Positions 50,036 through 60,418 of a DNA stretch of 64,000 nt are shown piece by piece (the first letter of the stretch is position 1; the number at the start of each line of letters is the position of its first letter). The position numbers were made by a program, and so were the translations under genes. Source of the DNA: an uncultured delta proteobacterium (GTDB taxonomy: Bacteria; Desulfobacterota; Binatia; UBA9968); the NCBI GenBank assembly GCA_963727625.1, contig CAVSHR010000002.1, positions 480,001-544,000 of the forward strand. The letters are read 5' to 3'. The notes beneath the pieces were generated by a model. It saw only the letters and a list, made by a program, of their open reading frames with translations. It did no database searches and was not told the DNA's origin.

Positions 50036-52096
50036 ATGCTAAGGTTGTTATGGTCAAGAAGCGATTTTTGGACATGGCTTTTCCTTGATTTTTTATCGCC
50101 CGTTTATTTTTTTACTGCTCTCTTTCTTTATTATCGATATCTCAAAAAGACATCGCGAGGCAGGGTGGATGCTATTAGGGTCGCGTTCTGGTCGTTGCTG
50201 GCTATCGTCGGGTTGCTCCACTTGGCTTTTGGCGGACCCAGGCTCGTGTTATCCGGCCATACGGCTTTTATAAACAGTGTGGCCTTTTCTCCCGACGGTC
50301 AGTTTCTAGTATCAGCGGCAGACGATGAAACTGTCACGATCTGGGACCCCGTCACCGGCGAAAACCTTGAGACTCTCACCTATGTCGATCCCGTTCCTGT
50401 GAATTCGTTAGATTTTTCTCCTGATGGAAAGATCGTCGCGTTGGGGACTTGGAACAAAATAACGCTCTTGAACGTCACTGATGGAAAAGCACTTGCGACA
50501 CTGGGGAAACATCGAGAGCGCGGAGGCACGGATATCGATGCGGTATTATTTTTGTCTAATGCCAAGAAGTTGGTTGCCGCCGACATGAATTCGCTCAGAG
50601 TATGGGACGTTGAATCAAAAACCATCCAAGCTGCGTTGCTTGATGAGAGCAAAGATTTTTTCCAAGCCGAAGCCATAGCTGCCTCTCGTGACGGAAAGAT
50701 CCTCGCGTCGGGAAATCACCGCGGGAAGGTCACCCTTTGGGAAGTACTAGGGAAAAAAAGGATTGTGACGTTTGCGGCACATGGCGACGAAAAGGTGTCG
50801 GCGCTGGCTTTTTCTCCCGATGGCCGCTTGCTCGCCAGTGGCGGACATGACGCACGAACCGTCCTATGGCATTTGAAAGGCAATCAGCCCGAAGAAATTT
50901 TTATCCTGAAAGCGGATACTGGCGATATCAACACCTTGGCCTTCTCGCCTGACGGGAAACTGCTCGCTACCGGCGCATATCACATACGAATATGGAATGT
51001 TGCTACCGGTAAATTGATGTTAACGACTAAAGGACGCCGGGTACGAATCAGAAAAATTGCTTTTTCTCCGGACGGTGCGAGATTGGCGGCCGGAGGTGAA
51101 GATGGAATCATCGAGGTTTGGAGTGTAAAAAGCCGAAAAAATCAATTAACACTCAAAGTCGACGACGGGTTTCCAGTCCTGGCACTCGGATTCTCCCCCG
51201 ACGGCAAGATCCTCGCGAGCGGCACCCGAGGCGGGTTGGTGACTTTCTGGGATCCTGTCAGCGGCAAAAAAAAATCTGTTTTTCAGACGGATGGCAAGAA
51301 ATCCTCTCCAAACATCGGAACAGTAGGCCACAAAGTCGAAGCATTAGCGTTTTCGCCCGACGGAAAGACGCTCGCCGCCGGAACCTGGAAGATCGTGAAC
51401 CTGTGGGACACTGAAACCTGGCAGCTTCGCAGAAACTTCTGGCTGGGCGGAGATTTTTCTATAAAATCGCTAATTTTTTTCCCGACGGGACAGTTGTTTG
51501 CCGCCAATGAGAAAGCTAGCGCGGTATGGACCATTGCCACCGGTGAAAGGGTTTCCGGTGTGGATAAACGCCTGGGCCCGTTGGCGACTCTCTCCCATGA
51601 CGGCAAAATACTCGCGACCGGTAGCGGCTATGGGCTCAATCTTTGGAACACGGGGCGGTGGAGTTTAATGTTCCACCTACAAATGCTTGGACGGAAAAAA
51701 GTAACCTCCATGGCATTTTCCCCCAATGGGAAAATTTTGGCGGTCGGCAATGCTGCCAACGAATTGGCGCTTTGGATTAGTAGCCGGTGGCAGAGAGTGC
51801 CCAACGTTCTGAACAAAGTCGGATGTGGGGGAGCAGTCGTGTCGCTTGCGTTTTCTCCTAACAGTAGGTGGTTGGCTGCCCGAACCGTCCACTCGCGTGC
51901 CCGTTGGGTGTTGTTCTTTTTACCGTTACCGGAGAGCCCGGGGTGTATAACTCTCTTTCGCATAAAGGATAATTATTTTAGCTTTATGCCTTGGCGCGCA
52001 GAAATTGGGGGGAGTGGGTTAAGCTTTTCTTCGGACAGCAAGACCCTGGCAGCTGCTTCCGGCATGAATACGATTAAATTGTGGCAGGTGGAGTGA
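50036..52096 (+). CDS. Membrane-anchored WD40-repeat protein
   Basis: Two N-terminal hydrophobic helices, then many AFSPDG..LAS....V.IWD repeats. Confidence 0.9.
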   Translation: MLRLLWSRSDFWTWLFLDFLSPVYFFTALFLYYRYLKKTSRGRVDAIRVAFWSLLAIVGLLHLAFGGPRLVLSGHTAFINSVAFSPDGQFLVSAADDETVTIWDPVTGENLETLTYVDPVPVNSLDFSPDGKIVALGTWNKITLLNVTDGKALATLGKHRERGGTDIDAVLFLSNAKKLVAADMNSLRVWDVESKTIQAALLDESKDFFQAEAIAASRDGKILASGNHRGKVTLWEVLGKKRIVTFAAHGDEKVSALAFSPDGRLLASGGHDARTVLWHLKGNQPEEIFILKADTGDINTLAFSPDGKLLATGAYHIRIWNVATGKLMLTTKGRRVRIRKIAFSPDGARLAAGGEDGIIEVWSVKSRKNQLTLKVDDGFPVLALGFSPDGKILASGTRGGLVTFWDPVSGKKKSVFQTDGKKSSPNIGTVGHKVEALAFSPDGKTLAAGTWKIVNLWDTETWQLRRNFWLGGDFSIKSLIFFPTGQLFAANEKASAVWTIATGERVSGVDKRLGPLATLSHDGKILATGSGYGLNLWNTGRWSLMFHLQMLGRKKVTSMAFSPNGKILAVGNAANELALWISSRWQRVPNVLNKVGCGGAVVSLAFSPNSRWLAARTVHSRARWVLFFLPLPESPGCITLFRIKDNYFSFMPWRAEIGGSGLSFSSDSKTLAAASGMNTIKLWQVE

Positions 52097-52180
52097 GGTC
52101 GGGCGCCGGAGCCTATGGGAGTAATGCAGCCGCCTATCCAAGCGTTTCACTGAAGAAACGTATCCAAAAAAGGAAAACCA

Positions 52181-53284
52181 ATGGCACAATTCGATCCACT
52201 ACGCGTAGGCCTTATCGGAGCGGGAGGCAGATGGGGGCCGCGGGCGCACGTGCCGGCGCTAAAGGGCACGCTTGAAACCGAGCTCTATGCGGTGTGCACG
52301 GCGCATGCGGATACTGCGAAGGCGGCGGCGGATAAGTTCGGCGTGGCGTACGCGTACGGCAGCGACGAGGCTATGTATTCTGACGAGCGGGTCGAAGCGG
52401 TGTCGGTCGCGGTGCGCGTGCCGGCGCATTATGAGCTTTGCAAAAACGCCATCGAGGCAGGCAGGCACGTCTTCTGCGAATGGCCGCTCGGCGCCAATAC
52501 CAAAGAAGCCGAAGAACTCGCCGTATTGGCGCGCAAGAAAAATGTCCGCACCATGGTCGGCCTGCAGCGTCGCGCGTCGCCCGCTTATCTCTACATGCGC
52601 GAGCTGATTCAGGATGGCTACGTCGGCCAGGTACTAGCGGTGAACTTGCTGCTCATTGGCAGCGGCGTGTTGACCCGTCCGTCTGATCGCACCTGGCAGC
52701 GCGACGTGACGTTGGGCGCAAACACATTGACGATTACTTTCGGGCACGTGCTCGACGCCATGTGCCTGGTAGCCGGCGAGCTCGCCGAAGTTTCCGCTAT
52801 CGTCTCGACGCAGGTGCCGCAGTGGTTCGAGACCGACACGAAGAAATATGTGGATGTCACCTCGCCCGACAACGTCATGGTTCATGGTCGGCTCGAAAAC
52901 GGCGCCGTCGTCAATGCCTACTGTGGCGTGCAGCCGTACCACGGCAGCGGCCATCGCCTGGAGATTTACGGCAAGGACGGCACGCTCTCGATGATCGGCG
53001 GCGGCGAGGGCGGCGGGGAGCATCAACGCAAGATCATGGGCGGACAAAAGGGCGACAAGGCGCTCCAGGAGTTGACCGTCCCGGAAAAATTCAAGTGGGT
53101 GCCGGAAGCGGTGCGAAGCAGCGGTCCGGCATACGAAGTGGGCCAGCTGTGGGTCAAGTTCGCCGAAGCGATCCGCAGCGGCTCGACCAACGACGCCGAC
53201 TTTGATCATGCGGTGCGCCGCCAGCGAACCTTTGATGCCATCGTGCGCGCTTCAGAGACGGGACAGAGGCAGAAAATAATATGA
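52181..53284 (+). CDS. Gfo/Idh/MocA oxidoreductase
   Basis: VGLIGAG Rossmann fold, HVFCEWPL, GHVLD. Confidence 0.92.
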   Translation: MAQFDPLRVGLIGAGGRWGPRAHVPALKGTLETELYAVCTAHADTAKAAADKFGVAYAYGSDEAMYSDERVEAVSVAVRVPAHYELCKNAIEAGRHVFCEWPLGANTKEAEELAVLARKKNVRTMVGLQRRASPAYLYMRELIQDGYVGQVLAVNLLLIGSGVLTRPSDRTWQRDVTLGANTLTITFGHVLDAMCLVAGELAEVSAIVSTQVPQWFETDTKKYVDVTSPDNVMVHGRLENGAVVNAYCGVQPYHGSGHRLEIYGKDGTLSMIGGGEGGGEHQRKIMGGQKGDKALQELTVPEKFKWVPEAVRSSGPAYEVGQLWVKFAEAIRSGSTNDADFDHAVRRQRTFDAIVRASETGQRQKII

Positions 53285-53296
53285 TCGATTAACTCA

Positions 53297-53445
53297 GTTC
53301 CAAAGGTTCCAGCGGTTCCAATCGTTCCAGTAGGTTCGCCGGGTTCAAATCGTTCAAGCCGTGCAACCGACCGAAACAGAGTTCATTAAACCATTGGAAC
53401 GATTGGTACGAAGCGCAGCGATGGAACGACTGGAACCGGTCCCTG
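53297..53445. repeat. Palindromic 9-nt-period GTTCCA/TGGAAC repeat (family B)
   Basis: GTTCCAAAG-GTTCCAGCG-GTTCCAATC-GTTCCAG...TTGGAACGA-TTGGTACG...TGGAACGAC-TGGAACC; partial copies near 11473, 13211 and 42632. Confidence 0.7.
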
Positions 53446-53521
53446 TTCCAGCCGATTGTGATTGACGACTCGACGGCTTAGCGATAACAGAGAAAACGAA
53501 TAAGCGGGAGGAGCGCTGATC

Positions 53522-54985
53522 ATGGCAAATCGAGCGGCACAAATTCATGACGGGTTGAAGCATCCGGTGATCGACGGCGACGGCCACTGGTTGGAGCCGA
53601 TTCCGATTTTCCTCGAGTACCTGAACGAAGTCGACGGCGCGAAATCTGTGGACCAGATGCGAGCGTTATGGCGCGGACGGGATGCATGGTACCGCGCCAC
53701 CCCAGATCAGCGTCAACAAAGCCGAATCCGTCGCGCCATCTGGTGGGGTGTGACGAGCGACACCTACGACAAGGCGACGGCGCTGCTGCCGGCCTTGCTG
53801 AACGAGCGACTGCCCGAGCTGGGCATCGACTTCGCGCTGATCTATCCGAGCTTCGGGCTGAGCATCAACGGCATGGGCGAGGGCGACCTGCACCGGGCCG
53901 CGGTGCGCGCCTACAACATGATGACGGCCGACATGTTCGCGCCCTTTGCCGCGCGCTTCGCGCCGGTTGCCATCATTCCCACCCACACGCCTGAAGAAGC
54001 TCTTGAGGAGCTGGAGTATGCCGTCGTCCAGCGCGAATACCGGGCGATCATGCTACGCGGAAATCAGGAGCGGACAATTCCAAGCGCGGCGGAAGCGGTC
54101 AATGACCGGCAGAAGGCCGCGTGGTATGTCGATACCATCGCGCTCGACAGCCCTTATGATTTCGAGCCGCTCTGGAAGCGCTGCGTCGAGCTTGGCGTCG
54201 CCGTGACCCAACACTCAGGCAGCGGCCGTTGGCAGGATCGCGCCTCGATCAGCAACTTCACCTACAATCACGTCGGCCACTTCGCCGAATCGAACCATGC
54301 GTTCGCGCGGGGAGTTTTCCTCGGCGGTCTGGTACGACGCTACCCGAGCCTCAATTTCGGCTTCATGGAAGGCGGCGTGAGTTGGGCATGCCAGATGTGT
54401 CTCGACATGATCGAGCACTGGGAGAAGCGCCGCCGCGCCGGCTTGCAGTATCCGAGCGAAACCGACATTGCCGAGATCAACCGGCTGATTGATCGCTACG
54501 GCGATCAAAAGCTGAAGGCCAACGCCGCCGCGCTCATGAACAGTCTGGACGCCTTCCGTCCGGAGTGCAGTCTTGAAGAGCTCAGCCGGCCCGAATATGT
54601 CACGGACGATTTCGAAGCGTCCGGCGTCAACTCAAAAGACGACGTTCGGGCAGTCTTCTCCGGCAACTTCTACTTCGGCTGCGAGGCGGACGATCGCGCA
54701 ACCATGTGGGCCTTCGATCCACGCATGGGCGTGCGGCTTCGGCCGATCTTCAGCTCGGACTTCACCCACTTCGACGTGCCCGATTTCAAGGAGGTGATTC
54801 CTGAAGCGTATGAGATGGTGGAGAGGAACTTCGTGACCGAACAGGATTTCAAAGAGTTCACCTTCACCAACGCCGCGCGCCTGCACACGCGCAACAACCC
54901 GGTATTCTTCAAAGGCACTGTCGTCGAGCGAGCAGTGGTCGATGAGTTGGGACTGAAGACGCGGTTGGCAGCGGCGAAAGCTTAA
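53522..54985 (+). CDS. Amidohydrolase_2 family protein
   Basis: VIDGDGH, MEGG, FSSDFTHFD, FTNA. Confidence 0.88.
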   Translation: MANRAAQIHDGLKHPVIDGDGHWLEPIPIFLEYLNEVDGAKSVDQMRALWRGRDAWYRATPDQRQQSRIRRAIWWGVTSDTYDKATALLPALLNERLPELGIDFALIYPSFGLSINGMGEGDLHRAAVRAYNMMTADMFAPFAARFAPVAIIPTHTPEEALEELEYAVVQREYRAIMLRGNQERTIPSAAEAVNDRQKAAWYVDTIALDSPYDFEPLWKRCVELGVAVTQHSGSGRWQDRASISNFTYNHVGHFAESNHAFARGVFLGGLVRRYPSLNFGFMEGGVSWACQMCLDMIEHWEKRRRAGLQYPSETDIAEINRLIDRYGDQKLKANAAALMNSLDAFRPECSLEELSRPEYVTDDFEASGVNSKDDVRAVFSGNFYFGCEADDRATMWAFDPRMGVRLRPIFSSDFTHFDVPDFKEVIPEAYEMVERNFVTEQDFKEFTFTNAARLHTRNNPVFFKGTVVERAVVDELGLKTRLAAAKA

Positions 54986-55040
54986 GTGGACGTATTTGAA
55001 CTTTTCGGTTGCGTCGAACTTTTCGGAATCGGAACGAGGA

Positions 55041-55148
55041 TGTCCCCCGCAAAGGCGCAAAGACGCGAAGTTCGGAAAAAAACAAACCGATTTTCTTTGC
55101 GCGCTTGGCGTCCCTTCGACACGGCTCAGGGCATGCTTGGCGGGAGAA
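55041..55148. repeat. Family A palindromic repeat with a nested REP-like unit
   Basis: CCCCGCAAAGGCGCAAAGACGCGAAG...TTTGCGCGCTTGGCGT[CCCTTCGACACGGCTCAGGGCATG]CTTGGCGGGAGA. Confidence 0.7.
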
Positions 55149-55365
55149 AATATCTTGAACTCATTCTGTCAAGTATTTCCGACGGAAAAATCTATAAGAA
55201 GAATACGTGTCAGAAAAGACTTGACTAACTCTACTAATTTTTGTCCCTGATGTTCGTTCCGCACCGGAGCCGGGTTCGCATCGCTACTTTTCACATTCGG
55301 TAGCCGTGACGCACCGTTAAAACGTTTTAATCTCCCGTTGCCTGCGGGACGCAATGATAGCCAAA

Positions 55366-55995
55366 CTATTGAGCTGATACCTTCGCCTCGTCCTCGACGC
55401 TTTTCTTAACCGTCGAGCGGTTCATCATGCGCTCTTGCCAGGCAGTGTAGGCCTTGAGATCTTTCACCGGATAACCGCTGCGGCTGGCCCAGCCGTAGAA
55501 AACCAAAGCATAACTGTCGACGGCCGTGAAATCGCGGCCCATGACCCAGTCGTTGCCTTGGATCATCGAGTCGATCTCCTGGAGATTGGCCCAGAAAGAT
55601 TTCTTCCCATTTTCCTTGACCGCGGCTGTCGCCGCTTCGCCTTCGGCGAAACGCTCGGGGCGATGGGAGCGCTGGTACGACGGATGCACGACGCTGGAGA
55701 ACCAGCACATGGTGCCGATGCAGCGTGCCTCCTCGGCCGGATCCGCAGGCAGCAGCTTTTTATCCGGGAACCGCCGCGACAGGTAAGTGAGGATCGCCGT
55801 GTTCTCGACCAGGACCTTGCCGTCGACACTGAGCGCCGGGACTTTGCCGCGCGGGTTGATTTTCTGATAGGCCTCGGTCCGCTGCTGCCCCTTGGCCAGC
55901 AGGATCGGCTTGAGCTCGTAGGGCGCGCCGGTTTCCTCGAGACCGATATGCGAGGCCAAAGAACAAGCGCCGGGACTGAAATAGAGCGTCATCAT
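55366..55995 (-). CDS. Glutathione S-transferase (beta-like)
   Basis: YFSPGACS, INPRGKVPAL, LVENTAI, FTAVD; AGGAGG RBS. Confidence 0.93.
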   Translation of the reverse strand: MMTLYFSPGACSLASHIGLEETGAPYELKPILLAKGQQRTEAYQKINPRGKVPALSVDGKVLVENTAILTYLSRRFPDKKLLPADPAEEARCIGTMCWFSSVVHPSYQRSHRPERFAEGEAATAAVKENGKKSFWANLQEIDSMIQGNDWVMGRDFTAVDSYALVFYGWASRSGYPVKDLKAYTAWQERMMNRSTVKKSVEDEAKVSAQ

Positions 55996-56102
55996 GGGAA
56001 CACCTCCTGAGTTGTCGAATTAATTTGGAGCGGTACGGGTGCGTACCGACGGGTTTAGGACCCGAGAGAAGAGTAAGCGCTGACAAGCGATGATGTCAAT
56101 CA

Positions 56103-56246
56103 TTAGGATGATTTGGTTGGACAGATATCGATCAGTTGAAGGGCTTCGGTTGATTTCAAGGCAAAAGCATCCGCCAACAACTCGTAGGAGCGATGGCGCG
56201 GAGCTGGATCGTAAGTCCATGTGACCACCAGCAGCTCGTCGAGTTC
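56103..56246 (-). pseudogene. 3' remnant of an LLM monooxygenase gene paralogous to 58197-59234
   Basis: ELDELLVVTWTYDPAPRHRSYELLADAF vs DLDELVVVTWTYDLAPRHRSYELLAEAF. Confidence 0.85.
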
Positions 56247-56789
56247 TTTGAGTCACGAAGCCACTGGCTCTGCAGATCCGACAATCGTCATCTCCGCAGA
56301 GACGCCCTTACAGCGCGCTGTTGACCGACCGGACTTGTTGAGAACTAATCGGGCTGGGAAAAAATTATCTGGCAAGTCATCCGCCATTTCGAACTCGGCA
56401 ACAGCGTGATCCTCTTCTGCACGCGAGCGGGCGAAGGTGATCTGCCCTGTATGTGCTGTAAAGCTCGCGACGCCTACTTCGCCTGAAGGCGCCGGATTTC
56501 GCCCATTGGCGCGGCGGGCTCAAAAAAGAAATTTTGCCGTATAAAAATTTGTGCTGCGATTTCGGCAGCTTAGGAAGCAAGGATAATTCGGTATGGCGTA
56601 GCCTCAAAATTTTTGAATTGTTATCCTGAATGGAGTGACCGGATATGGTTGTTACCAGATCCTGCCTTGCCAGTTCGCTACCTTCGAGAACAGTAGGGTG
56701 AGCATATTCTTTTAACGGGCGCGCTTCGCCGTTGGACAGCGAGGATCGAAGCCGCGTCGTGGCATTTATTTAATTGACAAGGAGGTCCT

Positions 56790-57839
56790 ATGAAAAAACA
56801 AAAAAGCTTCATCGCCGCCGTCATATTGGGTGCGGCGATGACCCTGTATCCGGCGTTTACGTTCGCCAACGATTTCTACTCGGGGAAAACCATTAACATC
56901 ATCGTGGGATACCGCGCCGGGGGCGGCTACGACACCTATACGAGAATCGTCGCCCGGCATCTGGGAAATCATATTCCAGGCAACCCGGCCGTCGTGGTCG
57001 AGAACAAAGGCGGCGCGGGGAGTAAGCTTGCCGCCAACTACCTGTACAGCCGCTCCAACGCCGACGGTCTGACCGCGGGCGTGTTCGGCGGCGGCTTGAT
57101 GACGCAACAGGCGCTGGGCTCGAAAGGCGTGAAATTCGACGGTCGGAAGTTCAAGTGGGTCGGATCGATGGCCGGGGGCAATCCCGCCTGCGTCATTATG
57201 GCTTTTACCGGTCTTAAAACCCTGGACGACGTGCTCGCCTCGAAAAAAATTCTCAAGATGGGTTCCACAGGAGCCGGCTCCACCACGGATGATTTGCCAA
57301 AATTAATGAAGGGGTTGATGGGTGCGAAATTTGACGTGGTTTCAGGATTCAAAGGAACATCGGCGATTCGTGTGTCGATGCAACGCCGCGAGCTTGACGG
57401 CGCCTGCTGGACCTGGGATTCCATTCGGGTCACGGCCCGATCCATGCTCGACGCCCGGGGTGACAAGAAGTTGATCCCATACTTGATCGAAGGAAAATTT
57501 GAGGACCCGGAGGTCGTGAACCTGCCGCAAATCAGTGAAACGGTCAAGGGCAAGGAGAACGTCGCGGCCATTCGTGCCTGGTTGGCGCCGTATAAAATGC
57601 TGCGTCCGGTCGCTTTGCCGCCGGGGACCCCTCAGGATAGAGTCGAGATTTTTCGCAACGGACTGATGCAAACCATGAAAGATCCGGCGTTTCTGAAGGA
57701 AGCGAAAAAATTGAATCTTGACGTAGATTTCATCTCCGGGCCGGACGCGGAGAAATTGGTCGAAGAGTCGTTGACTCTGACGCCCGCCGTGAAAGAAAAA
57801 TTGGTCTCCTTGATCGGCCCGAAGAAACGCACCAACTGA
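56790..57839 (+). CDS. Bug/TctC tripartite tricarboxylate transporter binding protein
   Basis: FYSGKTINIIVG..AGGGYD, VENKGGAG, PPGTP..RV, MKDPAF; signal peptide. Confidence 0.9.
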   Translation: MKKQKSFIAAVILGAAMTLYPAFTFANDFYSGKTINIIVGYRAGGGYDTYTRIVARHLGNHIPGNPAVVVENKGGAGSKLAANYLYSRSNADGLTAGVFGGGLMTQQALGSKGVKFDGRKFKWVGSMAGGNPACVIMAFTGLKTLDDVLASKKILKMGSTGAGSTTDDLPKLMKGLMGAKFDVVSGFKGTSAIRVSMQRRELDGACWTWDSIRVTARSMLDARGDKKLIPYLIEGKFEDPEVVNLPQISETVKGKENVAAIRAWLAPYKMLRPVALPPGTPQDRVEIFRNGLMQTMKDPAFLKEAKKLNLDVDFISGPDAEKLVEESLTLTPAVKEKLVSLIGPKKRTN

Positions 57840-57914
57840 CCAATCAATAGCATCTAGCGTCGAAACATATTGCCGCCCGAGGAGCGTAGCCGTCATGGCA
57901 CGCTCATCGGGCGG

Positions 57915-58080
57915 TCTACTGTATCGCTTCCGCAACGCCGGCGTTGCCGCGGCGCGACGCACTCGTTGACGTACGACCCGCGTTTCTCGTCGCCCGCGTA
58001 CCGGCGGCGCGGATAAGATTACCGAACTGGATTTGAATCCCTTGGTCGCGCTGCCGGTCGGACAAGGTGCGTTCACCGGA
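57915..58080 (+). pseudogene. Degraded C-terminal fragment of an ATP-grasp acyl-CoA ligase
   Basis: DKITELDLNPLVALPVGQGA motif; upstream frame broken by a stop. Confidence 0.5.
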
Positions 58081-58196
58081 CAATGGGAAAACCGGAGCGC
58101 TGTTTCCTGGCTGGACAAAGTCCGAGTTGGGGGAAACAAGCAGGGCCTCGGATTTGGTTCACCGATTGCTCGCGGCAAAGAGAATCTCGATTGCGC

Positions 58197-59234
58197 CTAA
58201 CGAGCCGCTGCTTTTCCCAATTCAAAGGCTTCGGCCAGCAGCTCGTAAGAACGATGGCGCGGCGCGAGGTCGTAAGTCCACGTGACGACCACCAGTTCGT
58301 CCAGGTCCAGACTTTTCGCCAGCTCTCTCAATCGCTCAGCGACCTGATCTTTAGCCCCGACGATCGCCTTTCGGCGCAGCTTCTCGGCAGTCGCCAGCTC
58401 CGAGGAGGAATAGGGCCGCTCCGCCTCCTCGGGCGGCATGAGCGGCAGGCGGATACCTTGCCGGCGATCGATCATTGCGCGCTCGCGGCTTTTGAACTGG
58501 AAGAGCGCATCCTCCTCGGTGTCGGCCGCCAGAGCCCAGACGCAGATCGTCGCGATCGGCTTAGGGCTTCTTTCGCTGGGGCGATAGTTCTTGCGGTAAA
58601 GCTCCAGCGCCTGCTCGACGCCGGTCCCCTCGCTGAAAAAGTATGCGAACGCGTAGGGCAAGCCAAAATACGCGGCGAGTTGCGCGCCGTAGTCCGAGCT
58701 GCCGAGAATCCATAGTTCCGGACTGCTCGGCCCCGTCGGTTGGGCGACAACTGTCCTGAAGGGATGGCCCTCAGGCAGAGGAGTTCCCGACACCCAGTGT
58801 TGCAGCTCCTGTACTTGCCGGGGGAATTGGTCGAGGACATTCTGGGGGTTCGGATTGAGGGCGTAGGACGTCATCTGGTCGGACCCGGGCGCTCGTCCGA
58901 CTCCCAAATCGATGCGTCCTGGAGCGATCGCCTCCAGGACGCGGAATTGCTCGGCGACTTTCAGCGCCGAATAGTGCGGCAGCATGACGCCGGCGCTGCC
59001 GATGCGGATGCGCGGTGTGGTGGCGGCAATCGCAGCCATGAGTATCTCGGGCGCTGTGCCGACGATGCTGCCGGAGTTGTGGTGCTCCGAGACCCAGTAG
59101 CGATGATAACCCAGGGCGTCGCAGTGGAGCGCGAGCTCGAGGGTCTCGCGGATCGCAACGTCCTGCGCTCTCCCCCTGGACGCGGTCGATTGATCGAGGA
59201 CTGACAATCTCATGGGTGCCTGCTTGTCGGGCAT
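58197..59234 (-). CDS. LLM-class flavin-dependent oxidoreductase (luciferase-like)
   Basis: LSVLDQ, GYHRYWVSEHH, GSAGVMLPHY, PGRIDLGVGRAPG, WILGSS. Confidence 0.92.
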   Translation of the reverse strand: MPDKQAPMRLSVLDQSTASRGRAQDVAIRETLELALHCDALGYHRYWVSEHHNSGSIVGTAPEILMAAIAATTPRIRIGSAGVMLPHYSALKVAEQFRVLEAIAPGRIDLGVGRAPGSDQMTSYALNPNPQNVLDQFPRQVQELQHWVSGTPLPEGHPFRTVVAQPTGPSSPELWILGSSDYGAQLAAYFGLPYAFAYFFSEGTGVEQALELYRKNYRPSERSPKPIATICVWALAADTEEDALFQFKSRERAMIDRRQGIRLPLMPPEEAERPYSSSELATAEKLRRKAIVGAKDQVAERLRELAKSLDLDELVVVTWTYDLAPRHRSYELLAEAFELGKAAAR

Positions 59235-59312
59235 TGTTTATTCTGGATTTACTGCGAATAGCATTCGCCACGAATGATTTTGTCTGGCAAGACGACAACC
59301 AAACACCGGAAT

Positions 59313-59416
59313 ATCTCGCGCAAAGCTCGCCAAGACCGCCAAGTTAAGAGATCAAATCTCCTTGGGGTCTGGAGTTAGGAGGCCTTCGCGTGCTTGGCGC
59401 ACTTGGCGCGAGAAAA
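59313..59416. repeat. Family A palindromic repeat between convergent-type intergenic segments
   Basis: TCTCGCGCAAAGCTCGCCAAGACCGCCAAG...CTTCGCGTGCTTGGCGCACTTGGCGCGAGA. Confidence 0.7.
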
Positions 59417-59423
59417 CCCTCTG

Positions 59424-60338
59424 TCAGCCGAATCGATCGCCGACCTGCAAGTTCACTTGTTTGGCGAACTCCGCCGCCGACACTTTTCCACCTTCGCCGC
59501 GCATTCTCTTCACAGTCAACGTGCCGCCGTCGAGGGCGACGGTGATTTCTTCCGCGCCGATATCAGTCACTTGGCCTGCCGGTGCTGAACTCTTTCCTGT
59601 TTGTAACCGCCCGTCGAAGACGCGCACCATCTTGCCTTTGTAGGTCGTGTGCGCGCCGGGCTGCGGGTCGCAGCCGCGAATTAAATTGTAAACTTGCTGC
59701 GCCGGCTTCGACCAATCGATCTTGGCGTGCTCGTCGGTGCAGGGCGGATCGTAGGTCGCTTGCGATTCATCCTGCACGATGCGCGGCGGGTTGCCGGCTT
59801 TGATCAGATCGACTGCCTCACCGATCGCCTCGATGCCCAGGGGAAAGATTTTATTGAAATAAAGCGACCCGGTGGTGTCGTCGGGCTCGACCTTCACTTC
59901 CTTTTGGAGCAAAACTGGACCGGTGTCGATGCCTGAATCGACCCAAAAGAGACTCAGCCCGGTGACGGTTTCACCCTTGATCAAAGCCCAGTTGATGGCG
60001 CTGGCACCGCGATATTTAGGCAAGAGCGAAGGATGAAAGCAGATACTGCCTAAGCGCGGAACGCTGAACACTTGCCGGGGTACGATAAAGCTTACGAAAG
60101 CGAGAATCGCCAGGTCGGCGTTGAGGGCGACAAATTCATCCCGAACTTCCGGGGCTCTGAATGATTTGTGTTGACGAACTGGAATGCCGAGCTGAAGCGC
60201 CTTCTGCTTGACCGGATCGAGTCTGCCGCCGGGCGCGTCGGGGGGGCAGTAAACCGCGACGATTTCTTCGCCTTGCCCGAGAAGTTTTTCCAGAGTCTGT
60301 TCCGCGAACGCCGCTTGTCCGATGAGAATAACCCGCAT
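59424..60338 (-). CDS. Formyltransferase family (Fmt / 10-formyl-THF hydrolase-like)
   Basis: FHPSLLPKYRGASAINW, GIDTGP, IRGCDPQPGA. Confidence 0.85.
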   Translation of the reverse strand: MRVILIGQAAFAEQTLEKLLGQGEEIVAVYCPPDAPGGRLDPVKQKALQLGIPVRQHKSFRAPEVRDEFVALNADLAILAFVSFIVPRQVFSVPRLGSICFHPSLLPKYRGASAINWALIKGETVTGLSLFWVDSGIDTGPVLLQKEVKVEPDDTTGSLYFNKIFPLGIEAIGEAVDLIKAGNPPRIVQDESQATYDPPCTDEHAKIDWSKPAQQVYNLIRGCDPQPGAHTTYKGKMVRVFDGRLQTGKSSAPAGQVTDIGAEEITVALDGGTLTVKRMRGEGGKVSAAEFAKQVNLQVGDRFG

Positions 60339-60418
60339 GCTGTTCTGCTCCAGTTTGAACGACCGTCTTCATAGGCTTCGCGATCACGAACCAGGAACAC
60401 GATCACGTCATTTTTTCT

